NCBI GenBank assembly: GCA_963842945.1
Contig: CAWJIM010000001.1
Coordinates: 32,001 to 96,000 of the forward strand
From: an uncultured Gemmatimonadales bacterium
GTDB taxonomy: Bacteria; Gemmatimonadota; Gemmatimonadetes; Gemmatimonadales; GWC2-71-9
Length of the DNA: 64,000 bases
Reading direction: 5' to 3'
A model generated the notes under the pieces. It was not told the DNA's origin. It made no database searches and worked only from the letters and a program-made list of their open reading frames with translations. Shown one piece after another: positions 44,614-54,238 of the stretch (positions are counted from its first letter, which is position 1; every line of letters begins with the position of its first letter). Position numbers and translations under genes: made by a program.

Positions 44614-45276
44614 CTACATCTTGCCCGAAGTGAGCTCGGCCAACCGCACCTGTGCCTCGGTGAAGCTCGGAGTGTCGCTGTACTTCTCGATAATTGTCCG
44701 ATACGCCTTGGCTGCATCTGCGGTTCGGCCGGCCTCGCGCAAGGCCCGCCCGGCATCCACCAGATAGTTCGCCTTCAGGTACGGGACCTCGGCGGAGCTC
44801 GAGGCATGATTATAGGCTTCGGCTGCTTCCGCCCAGCGCTTCGAATTCTCGAGTGCGGCACCGAGCAGCCCGTACGACGGAGGCAGGTACTTTGCCGGCG
44901 GCTTGCTTGCGATGAACTCTCGAAGACCCACAGCCGCCAGTTCGCTTTGGCCATTGACCATGCGGACCTGATTCAGCGTGATGACCGCCTCGAGCGCCGC
45001 ATCGGTGCCCTTGTAGGTGGTGATCAGACGCTGCAGCTCGCTGGATGCCAGAGGCAGGTTTCCAGCCTCCGCCGCTGCCCGCGCCTGGTTGAGGCTCCGG
45101 GCAGCAAACTGCTCTTTGCGTTTCCCACTTGCGATGATGAACCAGGCGACGATAGCGCCCACCGCCAGCACGCCCAAGGCGACCAGGAGAGAACGCTGGT
45201 ACCTCTGGTACCAAGGAGGGCCGGTTTCTGGACCGGTGGTCATTTCTCGGGTTTTTGGCTCGACTGTCGTTGCCAT
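44614..45276 (-). CDS. membrane-anchored TPR protein (YfgM-like)
   Basis: Single TM helix then helical TPR-like repeats, C-terminal YRTIIEKYSDT; ATG at 45276 avoids overlap with the tRNA. Confidence 0.75.
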   Translation of the reverse strand: MATTVEPKTREMTTGPETGPPWYQRYQRSLLVALGVLAVGAIVAWFIIASGKRKEQFAARSLNQARAAAEAGNLPLASSELQRLITTYKGTDAALEAVITLNQVRMVNGQSELAAVGLREFIASKPPAKYLPPSYGLLGAALENSKRWAEAAEAYNHASSSAEVPYLKANYLVDAGRALREAGRTADAAKAYRTIIEKYSDTPSFTEAQVRLAELTSGKM

Positions 45277-45323
45277 GTTCCCCACGGTTGATGTTGCCTC
45301 GGCGCGGTCAGCGCCGCCGGACA

Positions 45324-45397
45324 TGCCCCCGGCGTGACTCGAACACGCGGCCAACAGTTTAGGAAACTGCTGCTCTATCCATCTGAGCTACGGGGGC
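45324..45397 (-). tRNA. tRNA-Arg(CCT)
   Basis: GCCCCCG acceptor stem, TAGCTCAG D-arm, anticodon CCT, TTCGAGT T-loop; no encoded CCA. Confidence 0.95.
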
Positions 45398-45565
45398 CGG
45401 AACTTCTTTTCACTCTGCGCTTTGCGGAGCCGCCCCGAAGTGCCTTCTCACCTTTTCCCGCTGCCCGGGCTCTGCCGCCGGCGCCGCTGCTCTTCTGGGT
45501 GGAAGCGTTCCGTCAGAGCAGCGAAAAATGGCCGCCTGTGCAACCCTGAGCAACCCCGAGCCGCA

Positions 45566-46111
45566 TCAGCAGGTGGTTACCACGTGGCAGGCAGCCCCCT
45601 GTAAGCGCTGCCTGCCCCGCAAGGCGCCGATCTCCAGGAGAAAGCTCCAGCCTACCAGCTCGGCCCCCAACCCCCGTGCAAGTTGGCCGGCCGCTCGGGC
45701 AGTACCACCGGTGGCCAGGACGTCGTCCACAATCAGGACCCGATTCCCGCGGCCTACAGCATCGCGATGGGCCTCTAAGGCGTCGCTGCCATATTCCAGA
45801 TCATAGGCTTCAGCGGCCCGCTCCCATGGCAGCTTGCCCGGTTTTCGGGCGGGGACGAACCCGGCACCCAATGCCGTAGCTACCGCCCCACCGAGGATGA
45901 AGCCACGGGCCTCGATGCCCAGCACATGGGTTATTCCGGATTCGCGAAACGGCCGGCCCATCTCCAGTACCACCTCGCCAAGGAGCGGCCCATCCCGCAG
46001 CACCGGCGTAATGTCTTGGAAGAGAATCCCGGGTTTGGGATAATCCGGGATGACTCGCAAGGTCTGTCGTACGCGGTCGGTCAGAGGCATCATCAGGGAA
46101 CCTGAGGACAT
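45566..46111 (-). CDS. apt: adenine phosphoribosyltransferase
   Basis: PDYPKPGILFQDIT, IEARGF, RKPGKLP, VDDVLATGGT. Confidence 0.96.
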   Translation of the reverse strand: MSSGSLMMPLTDRVRQTLRVIPDYPKPGILFQDITPVLRDGPLLGEVVLEMGRPFRESGITHVLGIEARGFILGGAVATALGAGFVPARKPGKLPWERAAEAYDLEYGSDALEAHRDAVGRGNRVLIVDDVLATGGTARAAGQLARGLGAELVGWSFLLEIGALRGRQRLQGAACHVVTTC

Positions 46112-46116
46112 GTGGC

Positions 46117-46389
46117 CTACCTGATGTCGAAGCTCTTGCCCGGCGTGATTGCCGCGGGCATGGTGGACCGCTCTACCATAGCAACCCGAGCGTGTGCGGG
46201 CCCGGCTCGAAGCAGTTCTTCCAGCGCGGGGAGAACATCGTCGGGTCCGCTTACCACAACCTCCACCCGGCCGTCCGGCAGGTTGCGGGCGTACCCTGCC
46301 AAACCAAGGCTCCGGGCGTGCCGGGCCACGAACCAGCGGAAACCCACTCCCTGCACCGAGCCGCTGACCAGGTACCGTACGCCGCTCAC
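46117..46389 (-). CDS. acyP: acylphosphatase
   Basis: GSVQGVGFR, NLPDGRVE. Confidence 0.95.
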   Translation of the reverse strand: MSGVRYLVSGSVQGVGFRWFVARHARSLGLAGYARNLPDGRVEVVVSGPDDVLPALEELLRAGPAHARVAMVERSTMPAAITPGKSFDIR

Positions 46390-47015
46390 TTGCTCACCTC
46401 ACGGCCCTGCCGGCGCTGCCAAATCATGTATGCACCCAGCAATACCACAACCGCCGGAAGGATGTAGGTGAATAGTGTGTGATGCACGTAGCCGCCGATC
46501 ACGGCCTCCACCTCTTGTCCGTGCTTACCAATGAGCCATCCCAGGTACGTAAGAATCGCGCACCAGATTCCGGCCCCCAGCCCAGTGAACCCGACAAATT
46601 TCGCGAGAGGCATCCGGGACACTCCCGCCGGAATCGAGATCAGGTGCCGAATCACCGGCAAGAGCCGGCCGATGAGAGTGCTGATTTCACCATGGCGACG
46701 AAAGAACGCCTCTGTCCGATCGAGCGAGCGGGCGCTGATGAGGACGTATTTGCCGTATCGTCTGAGCAGCGGCTCGCCCACGTACAAAGCAAGACCGTAG
46801 TTCACCAGGGCTCCAAGAATACTTCCGAGGGTTCCTGCCACGACCGCCAGAATGCCATTCATCTGTCCTTTGGCGGCGAGGTACCCGGCAGGAGGCATGA
46901 CCAGCTCGCTGGGCAACGGAAGCACGGATGATTCGATGGCCATGAGCACCAGAATTCCGGGATAACCCAGGGCCAGAATGGTATCAGCCAGCCAGTGAAA
47001 GAATCCCGAGAGCAC
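46386..47015 (-). CDS. DedA-family membrane protein
   Basis: MAIESSVLPLPSE, GRLLPVIRHLISIPAG. Confidence 0.93.
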   Translation of the reverse strand: MLSGFFHWLADTILALGYPGILVLMAIESSVLPLPSELVMPPAGYLAAKGQMNGILAVVAGTLGSILGALVNYGLALYVGEPLLRRYGKYVLISARSLDRTEAFFRRHGEISTLIGRLLPVIRHLISIPAGVSRMPLAKFVGFTGLGAGIWCAILTYLGWLIGKHGQEVEAVIGGYVHHTLFTYILPAVVVLLGAYMIWQRRQGREVSK

Positions 47016-47022
47016 GTGGCGG

Positions 47023-47694
47023 TCAGCGCTCTTCCGAAAACCCGAACTCGCCGACCAGCGGTACGAAACGCACGTCCGCGATGGTGCTGCTGCGCACCTG
47101 GTCGCCCTGTCGCTCCACCAGGGTGAGGGTCTGGGCGTCCCGGTCGCCTAGCGGAATAACCATCTTGCCTCCGGACGCGAGCTGCTCCACCAGAGGAGTC
47201 GGGACTTCGGGAGATGCCGCCGACACCAGGATTGCATCATACAGAGCGTACGGCCGCCACCCCAAAGTCCCATCGCCCACCAGCACGGTGACATTGCGAA
47301 TTCCCGCGGCTTCCAGCGCGGCCCTCGCGCTCTGGGCCAGATGGGCAACTCGCTCGACGCTGAAGACCATGCTGGCAAGCAGGGCCAGCAACGCCGTCTG
47401 ATAGCCCGACCCGGTTCCGATCTCGAGCACCTTCTCTTTGCCGGTAAGCCCGATCAACTCCAGATACCGCGCCTGCACGTAGGGCTGGGAGATGGTCTGC
47501 CCGCTCCCGATCGGGAGAGCAACGTCGTCGTAGGCCCGGTGGCGCACGCTTTCCGGAACGAAGAGGTGGCGCGGCACCATGCGTACGGCCCGGAGCACCG
47601 CCAGGTCCCGCACCCCTTTCCGCCGGAGCACCTCCACCAGCTGGCTGCGGTATCCGCCGTAGCTGTCACCCTCCCCTACCCCTCCAAGGACCAT
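47023..47694 (-). CDS. pcm: protein-L-isoaspartate O-methyltransferase
   Basis: VPRHLFV, GQTISQP, LEIGTGSGYQ, VRFVPL. Confidence 0.96.
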   Translation of the reverse strand: MVLGGVGEGDSYGGYRSQLVEVLRRKGVRDLAVLRAVRMVPRHLFVPESVRHRAYDDVALPIGSGQTISQPYVQARYLELIGLTGKEKVLEIGTGSGYQTALLALLASMVFSVERVAHLAQSARAALEAAGIRNVTVLVGDGTLGWRPYALYDAILVSAASPEVPTPLVEQLASGGKMVIPLGDRDAQTLTLVERQGDQVRSSTIADVRFVPLVGEFGFSEER

Positions 47695-48425
47695 CCGCGG
47701 ACCGTCTCCAGGAGAGAGTAGTTCGTGAGATCCATGTGCAGCGGCGTGACCGAGATATAGCCCTCCGCCACGGCAAGATGATCGGAGTTCTCGCCTCCGG
47801 TCCAGGTGATGGTTCCCCCGCCAATCCAGTAGATCTCCCGCCCCCAGGGATCCTTCATCCGGGTGAGCGACTCGGAGAAGTAGCGGCTGCCCAGCTTCGT
47901 CACCTGAATGCCGCGGACCTCCTCCGCAGGAATTCGCGGGAGATTGATGTTGAGCAACATCTGCTCCGGAAAGTCGGCCACACTGGTAATCCGGCGCACC
48001 AGCTCCAGCAACACACCATGATAGGTGGCCATCGTTTCCGGTTGGTTCCCGGCGAACGAGATGCCGATGCCCCGGACTCCCAGCGTGACGGCTTCCATCG
48101 CGGCCGCCACCGTTCCCGAGTATAGGACGTCCTCGCCCATGTTGGGCCCATGGTTGACCCCGGAAAACACGAAGTCAGGTCGCTCGGGCATGAGCGCCTG
48201 AATGGCAAGCATCACGCAATCAGTGGGAGTACCGTCGATCTGCCAACCGCCGTCGGGTCTCCGCGCCGGGCGGAGAGGCCGATGCAAGGTGAGCGAGTGA
48301 GAGGTGCCGCTTTGCTCCCGGTCGGGCGCCACCACGGTGACGCTTCCCACCTGCCGGCACACGTCGGCCAGCAGCGAAAGTCCTGGAGCTAAAACGCCAT
48401 CATCGTTGGTCACCAGGATGTTCAT
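47676..48425 (-). CDS. surE: 5'/3'-nucleotidase SurE
   Basis: ILVTNDDG, GTPTDCV, SGVNHGPN, YSGTVAAA. Confidence 0.97.
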   Translation of the reverse strand: MNILVTNDDGVLAPGLSLLADVCRQVGSVTVVAPDREQSGTSHSLTLHRPLRPARRPDGGWQIDGTPTDCVMLAIQALMPERPDFVFSGVNHGPNMGEDVLYSGTVAAAMEAVTLGVRGIGISFAGNQPETMATYHGVLLELVRRITSVADFPEQMLLNINLPRIPAEEVRGIQVTKLGSRYFSESLTRMKDPWGREIYWIGGGTITWTGGENSDHLAVAEGYISVTPLHMDLTNYSLLETVRGWSLEG

Positions 48426-48459
48426 GACCGAATACGCGGCGAGCGTGAAGGAGAAACCT

Positions 48460-48870
48460 TCACGTTGATGGTTCGCCGTTCACTTCTTTGCGCGGCGGGG
48501 GCGATTTGCCGTCGAGAATCGCCATGACTTCATCGAGACCGGCACGTAAGTCCTGGACCGTCTCCGCCTCGAATGCCCGCTTGGCGGAGGCACGCAGCTC
48601 CCCGGTGCGGCGATACTGGTCGACGCGCTGCCGGGCGCCATCGATGGTGAATTTCTCGGTATAGAGCAGATGCTTCACCAGCATGATCAGCTCGACCTCG
48701 CGGCCTTTGTACACCCGGTTGCCCGAGCGGTTTTTGGCCGGATTCAGGAAGCGAAACTGGCTTTCCCAGTAGCGCAGGACGTGCGGCTTGAGCTCGGTGA
48801 GAGCGCAAACCTCGCCGATCGAGTAGAACTCCTGGACCGGACGCGCGGCGGTTGTGGTTGTCATCTCCAC
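48460..48870 (-). CDS. MerR-family transcriptional regulator
   Basis: YSIGEV..LKPHVLRYWE..GNRVY..FTIDGA. Confidence 0.9.
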   Translation of the reverse strand: MEMTTTTAARPVQEFYSIGEVCALTELKPHVLRYWESQFRFLNPAKNRSGNRVYKGREVELIMLVKHLLYTEKFTIDGARQRVDQYRRTGELRASAKRAFEAETVQDLRAGLDEVMAILDGKSPPPRKEVNGEPST

Positions 48871-49861
48871 TGCTCCGACTTGAGTTCCCGTGCCATGAGC
48901 TCGCCAATGCCTTCGCGAGCCGGCTTCCCGCTGAACAGAACTTCACCGACTTTCTCGATGATGGGTAGCTCCACTCCCATCCTAGCCCCCAGCGCGGCTC
49001 CGGCCCTGGAGGTATTCGCGCCCTCGGCCACAGAGCGGTGCTGGGCCCGGTATTCCTCGAACGTTTGGCCCTGCGCCAGTGCGATGCCGAGCGCACGGTT
49101 CCGGCTGAGATTCCCGGTAGCGGTCAGAATCAGGTCACCCATGCCGGCCAGGCCGGCAAAGGTGAGTGGGCTGGCTCCTAGTGCTACTCCCAGCCGGGTG
49201 ATCTCGGCCAGCCCCCGAGTTATCAGCGCCGCGCGTGGGTTATGTCCCAGTCCGAGACCCTCCAGGATTCCGGCCGCAATCGCAATGACGTTTTTCAGTG
49301 CTCCCGCCAGCTCCACCCCGATGACGTCGTCATGGGAGTACACCCGAAATCGTGGGAGTGGCGAAGATGCGTTGGGCTGCCTGCGCCGTGGCTTCCGTGC
49401 GGGAGGCGGCAACGACCAGGGTGGGCTGCCCCTGACAAACCTCGGTCGCGAAACTGGGTCCGGACAGCGCGGCAAACCGGATCTCCGGCAGACACTCCTG
49501 AAACACGGCAGACATCAGCGCGAGCGTGTCGGTCTCGATCCCCTTGGTGGCGCTCACTACCAGGGTTTCCGGCTTGATGGCATCGCGTGATTCGCCCGAT
49601 GACGGTCCGCACGGCATGACTCGGTGCGGCTGACACGATCACGGGAACATCGGCCACAGCTTCCCGGGCGTCGCTGTAGGCCCGCAGCCCGGGATGCAGT
49701 GGAACATCGGGCAAGAAAACCGAGTTCTGGTGCTTTCGATTGATCGCCTGAACAACTTCAGGTTCGTAGGCCCAGATCCGAACCGTCTCTCCCTTTATAG
49801 CCAGAAGATTGGCGAGCGTCGTGCCCCAACTGCCGGCGCCGAGCACCGCGACCAGCGTCAT
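48861..49861 (-). CDS. gpsA: NAD(P)H-dependent glycerol-3-phosphate dehydrogenase (frameshifts near 49590 and 49355)
   Basis: GAGSWGT, SATKGIE, LSGPSFA, GALKNVIAIAAG, GDLILT, SRN. Confidence 0.93.
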
Positions 49862-50483
49862 GGCCGCGGAGCGCTCGCCGTCCGCCGCCCGAATCGGTTC
49901 TCGGTGCCTTTGAGCAGTCGCTCGATATTTCGCCGATGCAGGACGATGACTCCCAGCGGCGATGAGCACATCCATCCAGAGAAGCTCCGGGGTTTCCGGA
50001 CGCTCCAGCAGGTAGACGGCCAGAGGCAGCACCGCCGCCGCCGCAATGCTCGCGAGCGACACGTATCCGGTCAGCATGAGCACGATCGCCCAGACCGCAG
50101 CCGCAACCCCGAGCGCCAGCGGAGTGAGTGCCAGCATGACCCCGGCAGCCGTGGCCACACCCTTCCCGCCCTTGAACCGCACGAATACCGAGAACACGTG
50201 TCCAATGATGGCGGCGACACCGCAGGCCAGCGCATACAGCTCGGAGCGGGAGACCCGGGGAGCGAAGACCAGTACCGGAATGGCCCCTTTCGCGATATCG
50301 AATAGGCCGACCGGAATAGCGTACTTCCATCCCAACACCCGGTAGAGGTTGGTTGCCCCGAGATTTCCGCTGCCGTGCTGCCGCAAGTCGATCTTGGCAA
50401 TGCTGCGACTGACCAGGTGGCTGGTAGGGATGGCGCCAACCAGGTACGAGGCCGACCAGCCAACCGGCCGCAGCGAGGGTCAC
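49858..50483 (-). CDS. plsY: glycerol-3-phosphate acyltransferase PlsY (frameshifts near both ends)
   Basis: GSGNLGATN, DIAKG, FKGGKGVAT, HRRNIERL..GTE. Confidence 0.92.
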
Positions 50484-51802
50484 CGCTTGGATCCTCGGCG
50501 AGTGAACTTGAGCCGCAGCGGTGAACCCGAGAAAGGCCAAGCCTCACGAAAGCCGTGCACCAGGTAGCGCTGGTAGGACTCCGGCACCTCCTCCGGGCGA
50601 TTGCTGACGATTGCCAGAGTGGGCGGTGCCGTACCGATCTGCGACGCGTACAGCAGCTTGACCTCCTCGCCGGCCTTTTGCGGCGGCGCGTTCCGCTGGA
50701 TCAAGTCGGCCAGAACCTTATTGACCTCGGCCGTGGGGACTCGCAGCTGGCGGCCCTCAGCCACCTCGATAATGAGGTCGAGCACCTTCCGGACCCGCTG
50801 CCCGGTGAGCGCCGAGACATACAGGAAAGGCACGTAGCGAAGAAACGGCGCCTTGGCAATCAGCGCTTCTTGTCCCTGCCGGGCCGTGTTGGCGTTCTTT
50901 TCCTCGACCAGGTCCCATTTGTTCACCAGCACGATCAGTCCGTCGCCCTGCTCCCAGGCCTGCGAGGCGATGCGCAGGTCCTGGTTGTGCATCCCCACCG
51001 TTGCGTCCACCACCAGCACACAGACATGGGCCCGTTCGATCGCGCGCTCGGTCCTGAGGGTGGAATAGAACTCCAGATCATCTTCCACTTTAGCCCTGCG
51101 TCGTAAGCCTGCGGTGTCAATGAAGTTCAGGGTTTTACCCTGATATCGCAAGACACTGTCGATGGCATCCCGGGTGGTGCCGGCCTGGGGGGCGACGAGG
51201 TGCCGCTCCTGCCCGAGAAGCCGATTCGCAATCGACGATTTTCCGGCGTTGGGCCGCCCCACCACTGCCACGTTGATGGTCTCTTCCGATTCGGCCGGGT
51301 CATAGGGCGGCAGCCGTTCGACCACCACGTCGAGCAGGTCGCCGCTCCCCTTCCCGACCGCGGCACTCACCCCCTGGGGCTCGCCGAATCCCAGCGAGTA
51401 GAAACCGTACTGCTCGGTACTGTGCTCCAGGTTGTCCAGCTTGTTCACCACCAGAATGACGGGACGTCCCGCCTTGCGGAGCCGTTCGGCAATGGCCCGG
51501 TCCACCGGGTTGATCCCTTCCCGCCCATCGACCACGAAGAGAATGACGTCGGCTTCATTCAGGGCAAACTCGACTTGGCGCCCGATGGCTCGATCCATGG
51601 AGTCCTGCGAGCCGGGAACCAGGCCGCCGGTGTCCACCAGCCAGAAGCGGCGTCCTTGCCACTCGGCGTCACCGAAATGACGGTCCCGCGTGGTCCCGGG
51701 CTCCTCCGATACGATGGCGCGGCGGCCGCCCAGAATCCGGTTGAACAGGGTGGACTTGCCCACGTTGGGCCGGCCCACGATTGCGACCGTCGGTTTGCTC
51801 AT
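50480..51802 (-). CDS. der: ribosome biogenesis GTPase Der
   Basis: Two G-domains (GRPNVGKS/DTGG/NKLD and GRPNAGKS/DTAG/NKWD) plus a KH-like C-terminus. Confidence 0.97.
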   Translation of the reverse strand: MSKPTVAIVGRPNVGKSTLFNRILGGRRAIVSEEPGTTRDRHFGDAEWQGRRFWLVDTGGLVPGSQDSMDRAIGRQVEFALNEADVILFVVDGREGINPVDRAIAERLRKAGRPVILVVNKLDNLEHSTEQYGFYSLGFGEPQGVSAAVGKGSGDLLDVVVERLPPYDPAESEETINVAVVGRPNAGKSSIANRLLGQERHLVAPQAGTTRDAIDSVLRYQGKTLNFIDTAGLRRRAKVEDDLEFYSTLRTERAIERAHVCVLVVDATVGMHNQDLRIASQAWEQGDGLIVLVNKWDLVEEKNANTARQGQEALIAKAPFLRYVPFLYVSALTGQRVRKVLDLIIEVAEGRQLRVPTAEVNKVLADLIQRNAPPQKAGEEVKLLYASQIGTAPPTLAIVSNRPEEVPESYQRYLVHGFREAWPFSGSPLRLKFTRRGSKR

Positions 51803-53081
51803 GCCGCGGCCGGCTCCAGCAAGGCATCGGCAAAATCCCGCGATGGGCGAATCTCTACCGGACTGGTGGCCTGGAGCAGCTCGAGGCTGAGACTGTCGAT
51901 GAACAATCCGTCGTCGTTGATGCGACTCGCCTGGAATGAGGACCAGGTCCAGATCACGACGGCTGCGGAGAGCCTGCTGCACGGCGCTGCCCGGGAGGAG
52001 CCCAGCCGTAGTGACGCTCGCTCCGAACAAGGTGTTTGTCACCGGGATCAGGTCGAATCGGGCGGAGGTCAGCCGGGCCAGCGGCTCGAGAACCATCGGC
52101 ATCAGCGGCGCCATGGCGGTGCCGGTCACCACCCCCACCCGTTTGCCCGCCCAATCATCACGGCTGATACCCGACTGCCCGATTCGCTGCTGCAGCCAGC
52201 GCACGGAGCCTACGCCATTTTCGACTTGCTCGAATCCATCGTAGATGTCGGCCGGTGGGAGCGGTGCGCCCGCTCGCAGATATAGCTCGTCGGCGCCAAA
52301 CGCCCAGGTGATGCCCCGCTCCATTCGGGCGCGCGCTCGGCGCGCTGCTCCAGAATGCGTATGGCAGCTCGGCACTCATCCGCCGTAGGCTCCCGGACCA
52401 GATGGTGCTTGGAGTGCTCGGTCAGCCCGACAGGAACCACGGAACAATTCAGCACTGACGGGCCCGAAGTTGTAGAGGTCGTCCAGCGTCTGTTCCAGCA
52501 CCGCCCCGTCGTTGATCCCGGGCGACATTACCACCTGGGTATGGAACTCGATGCCGTGGGCGGCGAACTCCGCGCAGCTGGGGAATGATCTCGGGAGCGG
52601 TGGGATTTCGCAGGACATATCGCCGTATCACCGGATCGGTCGCGTGTACCGATACGTACAGCGGCGAGAGCCGGTATTCGATGATCCGCTGCACATCGTG
52701 CGGCTTCAGGTTGGTCAGGGTTGCGAAGTTGCCATAGCGGAAGGACAGTCGATAGTCATCGTCTCTGATGTATAGTACGTCACGAAGCCCATCGGGCAGC
52801 CCGTCCACGAAGCAGAAGTCACACCGATTGGCGCAGCGGCGGATCCGCGGGGGCTCCAGCGCAACACCCATCGGCTCGCCCAGCGGCCGCTCGATGTCGA
52901 ACTCGATTTCCTCCCCGTCCGGCTGGCGCACGTGGAGCACAAACTCTTCGTCGGCCGTCAGGAACTCCCAGTCCAGGAAGTCATCCAGCTCTCGACCGTT
53001 GACCGAGAGGAGCTCGCTGCCCTCCCGCAGGCCCAGCTCGGCGGCAATGGACTCCGGCTGTACGGCGCTGACTCGAATCAT
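51799..53081 (-). CDS. PDZ + radical-SAM DUF512-family protein (several frameshifts)
   Basis: PESIAAELGL, CANRCDFC, DDDYRLSF, SPLYVSVHAT, VVPVGLT, QVENGVG; position next to der. Confidence 0.85.
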
Positions 53082-53088
53082 CGGCACC

Positions 53089-53117
53089 AAGATCTCTCCC
53101 GAATGGGCTAAATTCAA
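53089..53117 (-). promoter_or_regulatory. putative promoter, 7 nt before the DUF512 ATG
   Basis: TTGAAT-17 nt-GATCTT. Confidence 0.4.
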
Positions 53118-53209
53118 CCTCAGGTCTCAGGCTCAAAGTGCTTGTCCGCCAAAGGGAACGCGATGTCCCCGACGAGTGGGCCGGCTGACGGATCACTCGA
53201 GGAGGGAGC

Positions 53210-54238
53210 ATGAAGATCAGACTCAAGCCGCTCAAGGATCAGGTCATGGTGATCACCGGGGCCACCAGCGGCATCGGACTGGCCACAGCCAAGCGCGCCG
53301 CCGAACGAGGGGCCCGGGTGGTCCTCTGCTCGCGGAACGAGGCTGGACTGAGGGAGACGGTTGCGCAGATCGAGGAGAGCGGTGGCACGGCTCGAGGCGT
53401 AGTGGCCGACGTCTCGAAGCCGGATGACGTGGAGCGGCTCGCCGCCTCCGCCATCGAGGAGTTCGGCTCGCTGAGCACCTGGGTCAACAACGCCGGCGTC
53501 TCGTTCTATGGACGGTTGACGGAGGTTGCGTTGGAGGACATGCGCCAGCTCTTCGAGGTGAACTTCTGGGGCATGGTGCATGGAGCAAGGGCTGCGGTCC
53601 CGCGACTCAGGGCAACCGGGGGTGCCCTGATCAACATCGGCAGCGTCGTCTCCGATCGGGCCTTACCGCTACAGGGCGCCTACTCGGCCTCCAAGCACGC
53701 GGTCAAGGGATTTACCGACGCGCTGCGGATGGAGCTGGAGGAGGAAGGCGCTCCCATCTCAGTGACACTGATCAAGCCCTCATCCATCGACACTCCCTAC
53801 TTCCAGCACGCCAAGAACTACATGAAAGTTCAGCCGAAGCCTCCGGCTCCCGTGTATGCGCCCGAGGTGGTCGCGAATGCCATTTTGCGCGCCGCAGAGC
53901 ATCCCGTCCGGGATATCACCATCGGAGGTGGAGGCCGGGTGCTCACTGCACTGGGCGCGGCACTCCCCCGGTTGACCGACTTCTACATGGAGCGGGCGAT
54001 GTTCGATGCCCAACAGAGCGATGCGCCGGCCGAGCAGACCGCCGGGAACCTCTATCACTCCGCTGGCGAGGAGCATGTGGAGCGGGGCAGCTACAGCGGC
54101 CACGTGATGCGATCCAGCATCTATACTCAGGCTACCCTGTCCCCGGCTCGCGCACTGCTCGCGGCCGGTGTGGGGCTGGCGGTCTTTGCCGGAATTCGCT
54201 CACTCTGGTTTCCGGCAAAAACTGACAGAAGTTACTGA
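53210..54238 (+). CDS. short-chain dehydrogenase/reductase
   Basis: TGATSGIG, WVNNAG, YSASK; GAGGAGG RBS. Confidence 0.93.
   Translation: MKIRLKPLKDQVMVITGATSGIGLATAKRAAERGARVVLCSRNEAGLRETVAQIEESGGTARGVVADVSKPDDVERLAASAIEEFGSLSTWVNNAGVSFYGRLTEVALEDMRQLFEVNFWGMVHGARAAVPRLRATGGALINIGSVVSDRALPLQGAYSASKHAVKGFTDALRMELEEEGAPISVTLIKPSSIDTPYFQHAKNYMKVQPKPPAPVYAPEVVANAILRAAEHPVRDITIGGGGRVLTALGAALPRLTDFYMERAMFDAQQSDAPAEQTAGNLYHSAGEEHVERGSYSGHVMRSSIYTQATLSPARALLAAGVGLAVFAGIRSLWFPAKTDRSY

Noticed and set aside
45400..45560. Small ORF or ncRNA between apt and tRNA-Arg
   Set aside because: Only an imperfect hairpin and no recognisable protein or RNA motif; likely promoter or leader sequence.
50480..52375. 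631-aa ORF suggesting a DUF512-Der fusion
   Set aside because: Artefact of a frameshift near the DUF512 3' end; Der has its own ATG at 51802 overlapping the DUF512 stop.
53988..53999. TGGAGCGGGCGA matching the tRNA-Gly 3' end as a possible att repeat
   Set aside because: Only 10 nt match the genomic tRNA locus, it lies inside the intact SDR reading frame, and chance is plausible in GC-rich DNA.
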